A program made the position numbers and the translations under genes. A DNA stretch of 63,816 nt, the filler included, from Nemertoderma westbladi (lineage: Eukaryota > Animalia > Xenacoelomorpha), in NCBI GenBank assembly GCA_032718475.1. It is 3 parts of 3 records of this genome, joined end to end, with 100 filler letters (N's around TTAATTAATTAA, not from the genome) between each part and the next. Parts side by side here need not be neighbours in the genome. Positions count along the whole stretch, not along the records: positions 51,778 to 63,816 come from JAUCBJ010008944.1; 2 more parts are not named here. One strand, given 5' to 3'. Below the pieces are notes generated by a model. The model was not told the DNA's origin and made no database searches. It saw nothing but the letters and a program-made list of their open reading frames with translations. This document shows, piece by piece, positions 52,835 through 63,816 of the stretch (within the stretch, counting starts at the first letter, position 1; each line of letters begins with the position of its first letter).

Positions 52835-53345
52835 ATGCTGACAAACTACCATTAAGCCTAAATAAACCACAGGATGTGCAGATTCCGAAACTTGTTAGTG
52901 AGTATGCGTGCTAATACGGTAGCGCGGCTTATTCTTTATAGGGGTTGACCTTACAACTTACGAGTTGCCCTAACTTACTAACTGGCACCTATCAGACTCT
53001 CTACACACGCGGCAATCTCTTCAGACCCAACAACAGCTAGGCAACAATCCAGCCTACAAAATATCTAAATAATACTATTACGGTATCTGAACGGACTATA
53101 CAGACAGTACAGTATAAACGCTGACGGACTACTATCAAGCCTAAATAACCACAGTATATGCAGATTCCGAAACTTGTTAGTGAGTATGCGTGCTAATAAG
53201 GTAGCGCGGCTTATTCTTTATGGGGGTTGACCTTACAACTTACGAGTTGCCCCAACTTACTAACTGGCACCTATCAGACTCTCTACACACGCTGTAATCT
53301 TCAAGCCTAACAACAGTCAGACAACAGTCCAGCCTACAATGATCT
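52835..53345 (+). repeat. 282-bp-period tandem duplication with a conserved 134-nt structured core (candidate structured RNA)
   Basis: Cores 52877-53010 and 53159-53292 differ at only 3 positions, two of which form a compensatory pair. The flanks are far more diverged. Confidence 0.85.
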
Positions 53346-54895
53346 GAACAATCTGAGCAGACTTACACGCCTTCTACTCAATACTAACTTACACGTAAAT
53401 AAGAACTGACAGAAATAAATAAGCTCCAAAAGAAACAAGGGGTGTACAGTCCCTAATTTCTTAAACAGCCTACCAATGTATAATATCACAATCGAAATAA
53501 TACTAATGCACTTGTACAGCAGTACCGGTTATGACAGTTAGGCCTACGGACCTACGGTAATAGTACCGGTTATGACAGTTGGGCCTACTGACCTACTGGT
53601 ACCGGTTCTGATGTACCGGTACTTTTCAATCTTATTGCTTACCGCAAATAAGATCGATAGCTATTATTGTACGCGCTTTTATAGACCTTCAGCAGTTTAA
53701 CCTGCCGAAATTTATATGTCTTTATTGATAATCTGCCTTTTATAAGATGATAAGATTTAATACAAAACAAACCAAAAACATTAGCCGAAGCCAGTCCATG
53801 CGCGTCCAAATGACCCGTTTATAACACCGGGAGACTGGATTCGTGGGCTTAAATTTATTTGCGGTCAAGCCTACTGTATTATTCGATTGATTACTAATAT
53901 ATAATCTCTGACAAATATTATTCACTTTCGGGAAATATTAGCAGTTCCTTTTAGGACGTGGCGCTCTACCTATGTAAACAGAGTTATGACTGATACTACA
54001 CACAACGATATGGCTTAAATTTCAAGCATAGGGCGCATTCTTTAGGAATGCTTTATTATCAGATCCAATCACTTTACAATCACGCACGCTACCGGTAACG
54101 CACAACACTGCTCACTGATATGCCGACAGTTACTGACTTTGATCAGGTATAAAGAGATATGCACTGGACTCAGGTAGTGTCTGTCAAACAACATTAGATT
54201 CACTACAAACACAATAATAAAGTCGCAATTATTGTACATAACCCTTCTCTCTAACCTGTAGTGTATCAAGGATATTGGGAAAATTGTGGGTTGATTATTG
54301 ATATTCTTCAACTAATAACATCCAATTATACTGATACAAAATTACAAACAGTAAAAGCAGTATGACGGTAGGTTAAGATATAATTAGATTGCATTGAATC
54401 GTTTGTTTGATTGAATTGGGAAGATAATAGCTATGCTTTCTATAATTTAGCCTACTAATGTTCTTATAAAAAGGCAGAAAACATTTCGCTATTTCAACAC
54501 GGTCTTAAAACACTGATAATAAAGTCTCAAAATCATAACAAAAAGTCCCGTGACTTTAGCTCTCTTATTTTCCAAGAATCCCGTTCAACACATGTAATCA
54601 GCAGTGAGACAGGATAATTTCAGTTCAGTAGCTCGGGATTGGTCGAAATCAGAACTAACTCAACGCAGGGCTATGGGTAACTGGGGCAACCTTCCCAAGC
54701 CGGCTGTCCAATCGAACAGCTCAGATCCCTCCTAAAGGATTCCAACGCCTTGGAAGGGGGAACTGGTTAGCAAAGAAAACAAATCAGTCATATCCCAGAA
54801 AAACCTTTACAGTAGGTTTCAGAGTATTTTAGCGTATGGGGGAAAAACTGGGTTGCGGGGCGAAGGGCCAGTTACATCCCACAGAAGCTTTTACA

Positions 54896-54956
54896 CACAG
54901 CATTCTTAAAAATGCAGCTGCAATGCACTAATGCAGCATGCCGATCCTAGCAGTAG
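54896..54956 (+). mobile_element. 3' tail of the RTE family seen at 595-2565, possibly the end of a SINE-like unit starting near 54620
   Basis: CACAGCATTCTTAAAAATGCAGCTGCAATGCA...GCATGCCGATCCTAG matches the reverse complement of ~595-645. Confidence 0.75.
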
Positions 54957-55113
54957 GTTGGCGTAGGCATTTTATTAGCTACTGGTCTTCCGTTAGGGTT
55001 ACATTTTTGGATTTTTCGCAATCTGTTTTTTTCTACACAATAGCTTGCTTTACTTACTCTTTTAAAGTTTAACCAGGCGTATTTTCGGTTGAATTTCAAC
55101 GCATACAGCTGCA

Positions 55114-55899
55114 ATGAATCAACCATTAGTTGATCTGACAGATAAAGTCGCCCTAATTACCGGCGCCAGTTCCGGTATCGGTAAGGGAACTGCGATTCTC
55201 TTCAGCCAACTCGGTGCGACTGTAGCTCTATCGGGACGCAACTCCGAGGCTCTGGTGGAAACCGCCAAGCTGTGTATACAACCCAGCGACGGTGCCGCGG
55301 TGTTCCGTAAAACCTGCGATCTAAGAATCGAGTCTGAATGTCGCGATCTCGTTACCGCTGTTGTTGAACGCTTCGGAAGAATCGACATATTAGTTAACAA
55401 CGCCGGTGTTACTCATTTCGAGACTCTAGAATCATCAACTACTGAGAATTTTGATGAAATCTTTGATGTTAATTTGAAAGCAGTTTTCCGAATGAGTCAG
55501 TTAGCAGTTCCTCATATGGAGCGTTGTAAAGGTAACATTGTAAACGTCTCAAGTATCTGTGGTTCTCGGTCGTACCCTGGGATAATAGCTTACAACATGA
55601 GTAAAGCCGCATTAGATCACATGACTCGATCTGCCGCCTTAGAGTTAGCTTCCAAAGGGATACGTGTTAACGCAGTCAACCCTGGTCTCATACCAACCGA
55701 AATACACCGCAGGGCAGTCATGGCTGAGGACTCTTACGTAGCCTATCTGGAGCGCAGTGTAGCACGACATCCTATAGGGCGCATAGGGGTGCCGAAAGAT
55801 GTGGCTACCAGTATCGCATTCTTAGCGAGCGAAGCTGCATCCTTTATAACTGGAGTTACTTTATCAGTCGATGGCGGGCGTCACGCTGCCAATCTGTAA
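55114..55899 (+). CDS. Classical short-chain dehydrogenase/reductase (FabG-like), intronless, 261 aa
   Basis: TGASSGIG Rossmann motif, NNAG, catalytic S and YNMSK, IRVNAVNPG, C-terminal FITG...VDGG. Confidence 0.93.
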   Translation: MNQPLVDLTDKVALITGASSGIGKGTAILFSQLGATVALSGRNSEALVETAKLCIQPSDGAAVFRKTCDLRIESECRDLVTAVVERFGRIDILVNNAGVTHFETLESSTTENFDEIFDVNLKAVFRMSQLAVPHMERCKGNIVNVSSICGSRSYPGIIAYNMSKAALDHMTRSAALELASKGIRVNAVNPGLIPTEIHRRAVMAEDSYVAYLERSVARHPIGRIGVPKDVATSIAFLASEAASFITGVTLSVDGGRHAANL

Positions 55900-57411
55900 T
55901 TGATCCACAGCAAATTGTAGTTTGTTATACGATATAACCCGCCATTAGTTAACCTATGTTGTTGGAATCAAACTGATTATTTCATACAGAGACAAAGTGT
56001 GAAAATGTTATAAATTATTTATTATTAATTCAAATCAAATGGTAATCCTATTACGTAAGAGTAAAATAAAATCGCTTCAATAAATTAAGTAATCTAAATA
56101 TATTTATATAATCCAAATATTACCTTACCCTTCGTCCACCCACCCCCAGTTAGTAGATCCTCCCTAAAGTAGATCCTGATACGGGACAAGAAAAATTACA
56201 AAGAAATACTTAATATCCGATAGATGCCATATTATTACTATTAACAATAATTTAACTTATAATATAATGACATTTATCATCCCCTATATTATTATCAATA
56301 AATATAAATTTAAACAGCAAATTAAATTATATAATATTGGCATATCATAATTAATTAAATAAAATACAATTATGAGATGATGCAACGAACATGCGCTTCG
56401 ATAATATATCTATCTATAACAAAAACAAATAACCATAAAAATATATCGCAAAAAACCATCACATTCCACATATTCTAGAGTTATAACTGCCGTTGCAATA
56501 TTATTATCGCACACGATAATAATATATATAATATATTATTATTATATTATGTACCTTAATAATATAAGGTACAGGGAGAGCCTGTCTGTTGGAATTCATT
56601 ATAGTACCACTGAGATTCATTATAGTACCGCTGTCTGGTTCAGTGGAAGAGGGTTCGGACAGACAGACTTTTCGCACGACAGTTTCCTGTACTATAGTTT
56701 ATATACAACTTAATTATATAACCCACAAGCTAATGCTTCTCTCAATGGTTGCCCCACATTCGCTATGTGCTCTCTGTTTGTGTAGACAGGAAATCAATAT
56801 CGCACTGGACAAACACGTGGAATATTGTAATCGGTATCGACGAGAGAAAAGTAATAGAAAATGTTTGTGTGTAAGTAGTGTTAATAACGTCGGGATAATT
56901 CAAACATTCGATACGATTCCTCGGCCGACTGTTTGCTTGATTTTTCTTGAAATGCCAGGGAATTCATGTAAAAATGAACAAATCAGTAATGAATGTCATG
57001 CAATCTGATATAAATGTGTGATAATAATGTCTACTAGCTTCGCTCGCCGTTTCATTTCCTTACATCATAAACGGTCTCTAGATTCAATACCGGTACTAAA
57101 TATTACATAGAGTAAGTGCACTAACTATAATTATATTCACTCCTTATTCGGTCATTGGTGTGCTGTTGTGGTAGTTTACCGATATCTTGAAATATATATA
57201 TGAGACTTTCTTTGGAATATACATATTAACCCTTTTCGTACTGGTCTAGAAATGTATGCCCCCTCATTCTGGGCAAGGCGGCAGTGTGCCGTCTTAGGGG
57301 TTAAAGCTATGATGACTAAGATAGCGATATAATGTGTAGCACCTATGCATTTAAGCACAATTTTGCAAAAAGTCAGGGATAAACTGAAATATACTAGCAA
57401 CCCGTTATATT

Positions 57412-59398
57412 TGCAAAGTGTAAGCCTTGTATTGGACACTATGCAATGTGTAATGCATTGTATTGGACACTATGCAATGTGTAATGCCTTGTATTGGACA
57501 CTATGCAATGTGTAAGGCCTTGTATTGGACACTATGCAATGTGTAATGCCTTGTATTGGACACTATGCAATGTGTAAGGCCTTGTATTGGACACTATTCA
57601 CGTGTGTGACACTATGCAATGTGTAATGCCAGGTATTGGACACTATGCAATGTGTAAGGCCTTATATTGGACACTATGCAACGTGTAAGGCCTTGTATTG
57701 GACACTAAGCAATGTGTAATGCATTGTATTGGACACTATGCAATGTGTAATGCATTGTATTGGACACTATGCAATGCGTAAGGCCTTGTATTGGACACTG
57801 CAATGTGTAATGCATTGTATTGGACACTATGCAATGTGTAAGGCCTTGTATTGGACACTATGCAATGTGTAATGCCTTGTATTGGACACTATGCAATGTG
57901 TAAGGCCTTGTATTGGACACTATGCAATATGTAATGCATTGTATTGGACACTATGCAATGTGTAAGGCCTTGTATTGGACACTATGCAATGTGTAAGGCA
58001 TTGTATTGGACACTATGCAATTGTAAGGCCTTGTATTGGACACTATGCAATGTGTAAGTCCTTGTATTTGACACTATGCAATGTGTAATGCCTTGTATTG
58101 GACACTATGCAATGTGTAAGGCCTTGTATTGGACACTATGCAATGTGTAAGGCCTTGTATTGGACACTATGCAATGTGTGAGGCCTTGTATTGGACACTA
58201 TACAATGTGTAAGGCCTTGTATTGGATACTATGCAATGTGTGAGGCCTTGTATTGGACACTATGCAATGTGTAGGCCTTGTATTAGACACTATGCAATGT
58301 GTAGTGCATTCTATTGGACACTATGCAATGTGTAAGGCCTTGTATTGGACACTATGCAATGTGTAAGGCCTTGTATTGGACACTATGCGATGTGTAATGC
58401 ATTGTATTGGACACTATGCAATGTGTAAGGCCTTGTATTGGACACTATGCGATGTGTAATGCATTGTATTGGACACTATGCAATATGTAAGGCATTGTAT
58501 TGGACACTATGCAATGTGTGAGGCCTTGTATTGGACACTATACAATGTGTAATACCTTGTATTGGATACTATGCAATGTGTGAGGCCTTGTATTGGCCAC
58601 TATGCAATGTGTAAGGCCTTGTATTGGACACTATGCAATGTGTAGGCCTTGTATTAGACACTATGCAATGTGTAAGGCCTTGTATTGGACACTATGCAAA
58701 GTGTATGTGTAAGGCCTTGTATTGGACACTATGCAATGTGTAAGGCCTTGTATTGGACACTATGCAATGTGTGAGGCCACGTATTGTACACTATGCAATG
58801 TATAGGCCTTGTATTGGACACTATGCAATGTGTAGGCCTTGTATTTGACTCTAGGCAATGTGTAAGGCCTTGTCATTGGACACTATGCAATGTGTAAGGC
58901 CTTGCATTGGACACTATGCAATGTGTAGGCCTTGTATTGGACACTATGCGATGTGTAATGCATAGTATTGGACACTATGCAATGTGTAAGGCCTTGTAAT
59001 GGACACTATGCGATGTGTAATGCATTGTATTGGACACTATGCAATGTGTAAGGCCTTGTATTGGACACTATACAATGTGTGAGGCCTTGTATTGGTCACT
59101 ATGCAATGTGTGAGGCCTTGTATTGGACACTATGCAATGTGTAATGCCATGTATTGGTACTGTTCTGTGTGTGACCTATGCAATGTATAGGCCTTGTATT
59201 GGACACTATGCAATGTGTAGGCCTTGTATTTGACTCTAGGCCATGTGTAAGGCCTTGTATTGGACACTATGCAATCTGTAGGCCTTGTATTGGATACTTT
59301 TCATGTGTGTGACACTATGCAATGTGTAAGGCCTTGTATTGGACACTATGCAATGTGTGAGGCCTTGTATTGGAAACTATGTAATGTGTAAGGCCTTG
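57412..59398. repeat. 31-bp satellite CCTTGTATTGGACACTATGCAATGTGTAAGG, about 64 copies
   Basis: Direct inspection. Confidence 0.97.
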
Positions 59399-60468
59399 TT
59401 CTTCACTTTCGCAGAAAATCCATCGAATTTGGGTTCAATCCCTCTATTAATAGTACATTTTTGTGGATAGTTGCATTACGGCTACACCCTGCAGTGTACA
59501 ATGCTCGCACGCTAGTTCAATTCAATTTCAGTTTCATCTTCATGGGAAAATAACCCATTAATTAATAATTAATCTGTAAGAATAAAATAACCGGCAACTA
59601 ATACGATAACTCTCACGAGACGAAAAATAAAACATTATTGAGTGAAGACATGCATCACTAAAACCAGAAGATATTATATGATCGGCCAATATGAATAAAT
59701 TATACAATGTAAACAAAACACTAAACTTCAAAAACAATAAAACATAATGTATGGCTACGCCTCGCTATCACAGCAGGCGACATCAATAAACAAAACTCGT
59801 GATATTTACGCACCGGTAACATAACACGACGGGGGTGGGGCTATTGAAGTAAATCCTACCTGGGCGACCTACCGAACCATGTAAATTATACTTTAATTAA
59901 ATAGGGGAAATGAACAGGGTACAGTAGCAAGGTATTCATACCAAAATAACAACCTACAGCCAATATCAGTGGTTCCAGTTCAATAAGATATTACTTCCTT
60001 GGATTTTCTCAATGTTTCCCGATAGAATATGTTTCACGCATATTTAGTAGCCCCCCCCCCCCCCCCCCCCGGGGCGTCTGAAAGCAACACAAACACAGAC
60101 GTGCACTTCAGACTGTTTTTACAAGTTTAATACAAGGACAACGTCGAATGGACAGTAGGTACGATTGCCGATATGTAGGTAATACATAAACTAACATTGT
60201 ATTATCATTTTCTAAAACTAACCCGCTAACTTGACTTTATTAAGTCTCTATAAACTATTCATTGATACACCGATGCACTAGAGTGCTCCAAAGATATTAA
60301 CTGGTGCAATAAGGCATCTCATACAACGGTTATTGATTTAAAAGCTTGATTATTCCTAACACGCCTATAAGACCAAACCAATATGTAGAATTATAAATAA
60401 ATAAATACACGAAGATATTAGGGGTGGGGCTCGCCAGAGACAAATCAGCATTCCTGCAACTACGCGCA

Positions 60469-62132
60469 TTAATTGTAGGTTGACGATACAGTGGTTGTCG
60501 GGAGGAGTGGGGGGCCGCCAGGCGCCGATGCTGAGACTCCAGTTTGATATGGGTTAACGGCCGGTAGAGGCGCTGTCTGAGTCTGGACGTAGCCGGTAGG
60601 CAAGTTAGGTTGGTAGGAGGAAACCAGTTGTGCTGCTCCTACAGTGTTTGTGGGTGAGTACTGGGGGACAAACATTGGGCTCTGATCTACTACAGTCGGG
60701 GACAATAAACCATGCGCTATGGGTTGGACAGAGGGTCCCGGCTGTCCCATAAACCCCTGCGGGACGCCCTGAGTTGCGGAGGGCAGAGCAAAGGAACCAG
60801 GGAAGGAACCTTGGGGAACCATGGGGCGTTGTTGAGGCGAGACCAGACCGGCAATCCCGGTGTGGCTGGGGAAGCCGGACGGCATTGCGCCCTGGGGCGG
60901 AGACGTTAACCCAGTGGAGAAGGCCAGACCTCCCGGACTGTCTAGACTGGCGCTCTGTAACTGCTGTAGGCTGGGTCCCTGCTGACGGCGGTATTTACTA
61001 GAGAGCAGGAGGTTATTCGTATCGATGTTGATGTTGACGTTAACCCCGTCCCAAATGTTATTATTCGAGGAGGAAACTGGCAACGTCTTCTCCGGAACTT
61101 TAGGGTAATGCATATCTAAACTCATCGCGTTCTGGGACTTCCACTGGATGGCGCTGCCTGCAGCTGCGGATGGAGTCGCGGCAACCGAACCAATCTGGGG
61201 CGAGTAGATATTAAATTCGTTATCGGGAAGGGCAGCGGGGGTATGGGCGTGGAATGGGTTGTCTGAGGGGAGGTGAGAACTGATGAACGGAGCGGGTTGG
61301 AACTGGGGAACGTGGGAGGGAACAATATCGAACGGATGGGACCCCGGTGCGGGGTGGATCGGAACGGAGGAGGCTTGGAGCGGAACGGAGGCCGGTTGGA
61401 GAGGAACGGAGGCCGGTTGAAGAGGAACGGAGGACGGTTGGACGACGGAACGGACGGCACGGGTTCGGAGAGGAACGGCAGCGGGTTGGAACGGAATGGC
61501 ATCGGGTTGGACGGGGGGTTGGACGAACAACGGGATGGCCGAGGACAGTAAGGCGAGGTTGGATTGCGTCGGTGCCCCATGGAGAAGGTCTGAGTTGGTT
61601 TGGGTCCCGGCCTCCAACCAGCCATCAGCGTCCGCCTTCTGGAACTCACCGAATCCCGAGTCGGTTTTAGTGGCAGCGAATCCGGCGGCAGCGCCGCCCG
61701 ACTCGGGGGAGAACGCGGACTGGAAGTCGGCGAAATCCGGTAGCGTCGTAGTTGGGCGCGCCGGTGGAGAGACGCCGGGGAAGTTAGCGAAGTTGTTACC
61801 CTCGGGTTCAGCTGACGTCATCCCGTCGATTAGGTCGACGATGTTACCGGAGTCCACCGGGTTCGCCGCAACCGATGCGAAGTTCGCCGCCGCTCCGAGG
61901 TCGATCTTCTTCTTCGCGACGACCGGCCGATCGGGTTTCGTCACCACGGGTTTCGGTTTGATCGTCTCCTCCGCTCCGACTCCGTCGTTCTCCGAGTCGG
62001 ACCCGGTTCGCTTGTCACGCCATCCCTTCCAGTGTTTGTGCGAGTTATTCGCCGACTCGTCGTCGTCGCTAAGCCGCCCCGACCGTTGACTCGCGGGTTC
62101 CGGGTTGTACCGGTCGCTGTATCTCCCGTAAC
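60469..62132 (-). CDS. CLINT1: Terminal exon of clathrin interactor 1 / epsinR (ENTH-domain exons not seen in the window)
   Basis: Acceptor CCCTTTAG at 62133. The frame is open from YGRYSDRYNPEP through KKIDLGAAANF (both epsinR signature motifs), DFADF/GFGEF AP-1 gamma-ear-type motifs and a low-complexity tail to the stop at 60469. Confidence 0.8.
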
Positions 62133-62369
62133 CTAAAGGGAAGATAATTACATATATATGAACGGATCACGTCTGTTTGTTTGCGACTCAGTAAATTATC
62201 TGCTACAACGCATAATAACTAAAATAATTATAACAATAGTGATTTTTAACTACGAGTTTAATAGTAACCTTCATGGACTTGCTGTCCAGGATTTGGAAGT
62301 CATAGAGAACAACTCGGAAACGCAAGGGTAATATTAGGGTCCGTCAAGGGTAATTATAATAAATAATCG

Positions 62370-62750
62370 GGTCCGATTATTTACAGCAGCTGAAGAAACA
62401 GTACTCCTCTATAGGAGTCAATGCTGGGCTCTAACTGCTGAGGACACCAAATCTCTGAATGGCACATTTACAAGAATGCTACGCCGGGTTCATTGTGCCA
62501 AGTACAATGCCTACATCTCCAACCAGACACTATATAACATTGGAGTGTCTCATTGGGTCCCCCAAGTTTGACACTAGAACAAAGCCGCCTCCGCTTTGCA
62601 GGGCATTGCTTTCGCCGTGAGGACTAGCCTGTGCAGAATCTAGTGCTTTGGCAGTAGTCCCATGAAGAAAATAAGCATGATGGGCAGTTCATGACTTTCG
62701 TGAGACGCATCTTAAAGGACACTGGCCTTGAAGATGCGGATAACCTCGCA
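62370..62750 (+). mobile_element. Diverged fragment of the RTE family seen at 595-2565, in a CLINT1 intron
   Basis: Colinear with the reverse complement of ~700-1075 (gctgggctctaactgctgaggacaccaaatctctg...). Confidence 0.85.
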
Positions 62751-63816
62751 TAAGTCAATATGAGACTAAGGAGTATCTAAACTCAGGCAATAAAAAGCTC
62801 CTGTTTATGTTCCGGTATACCAATTGTCGACTTTGTAGTGTACAATGTTATGTTAGATGCCATCAAAACAAAATAGGATATGGTTCTTAATGGAAGTCAA
62901 AGCCCAACGGGAGCCAACAAAATAAATATTATTAATTCCAGAAAATATATTTATGTAACGTGGGGTTAACTGGTGGTCGAAAAGGTGAGTTGATTATATT
63001 AGTTGGTTGTCTGGCTAGCTGCATAGCTTCTGGGATAACCAAGTCGAGGTGAGCCCCGCGTACTCACTACTCCTGCTGTGCATAGGAAGGGCGGGGTTCC
63101 CTTCCATCCAATCTAACACTATTATTCAGACAATAACTATATAGAATTATTTTACCGTCCGTGTGTTGTGGCACCACAGTTTCTTACGAGTATATTGCTC
63201 ATCCTCATACTACTACAGACTACAGTACAGTAAGTCGTGTGATCTCCGGCATTGTTAATAATATACCTTATTATTGTAAATTAGTTATGTAAATAAATTA
63301 TTATAACAATTTCAATTGTTTCGTTTAATTAAACTTTTTTTAAGCACTTCAATTCGCCCATGTGAAGAATACATGGTTTTCATTTTTCGGTCGAAATTTT
63401 ATTAAATTTCAATACATTTTTTTATTTGTATTTTGTTAAATTTCTCATTATTAAATGTTGTATAGCACTTATTTCTTTATTACAACTTGTACTTTTTGTT
63501 AGTTTATTGTTTTGGTTAGATTCAGCCTTCCTGTAACTTGGGTATTAAGTGACACCTGGTATTATTCACACGGGCGAGGGGGGTGAACTGAAAGTATAAA
63601 CTGAAAATATAAACAGCAGAGATCTGATATACTTCACAATTCACAGGCAAAGGCTACTGACCAGACCCATTGCTCAATTGACCGGACCCGTTGACCGGAC
63701 CCATTGCCATTTAAAGGAGCAGGTTAGTAAAGGACCAGGTTATACGGAGGCGTGTTGTAGGAGAACCAAAACAATAAACGAAAGTTAACACATGTTATAA
63801 GATTAATAGGTCTGGT

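Noticed and set aside
52360-53180. Hammerhead ribozyme (CTGACGA at ~52375; CTGACGGA...CGAAAC at ~53121-53173)
   Set aside because: The core nucleotides cannot be arranged with stems I-III and a UH cleavage triplet.
55114-55899. Recent bacterial HGT or contamination of the intronless SDR
   Set aside because: Similar FabG-like SDRs are common in animals, and the gene is embedded among host repeats. A phylogeny would be needed to revive the idea.
57412-59398. CRISPR array
   Set aside because: No spacers; an ordinary tandem satellite.
60712-62089. Several + strand ORFs
   Set aside because: Antisense shadows of the GC-rich CLINT1 exon.

Overview
AT-rich invertebrate (metazoan) genomic DNA; the chemoreceptor-type GPCR hints at a nematode-like lineage but the organism cannot be fixed. 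The window is three contigs joined by artificial 100-bp linkers (44 N + TTAATTAATTAA + 44 N at 31143-31242 and 51678-51777), so adjacency across those points is unproven. Host genes: a two-exon serpentine 7TM GPCR, the last exon of a WBP1/VOPP1-like protein, a complete four-exon SYVN1/HRD1 ERAD E3 ligase, an intronless classical SDR, and the last exon of CLINT1/epsinR. Most of the rest is repeats: RTE, CR1-like, RTEX-like and Penelope retroelements, nested piggyBac-, Harbinger-, P-like and foldback MITEs, an IS3EU-like remnant, and three satellites (13, 44 and 31 bp). The best candidates for novelty are a tandemly duplicated 134-nt element that folds into a three-way junction with a compensatory base-pair change (52877-53292), a LINE inserted into the 13-bp satellite with an apparent 34-bp target duplication, and satellite monomers that are degenerate palindromes. 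All family assignments come from motif recognition, not from database searches.
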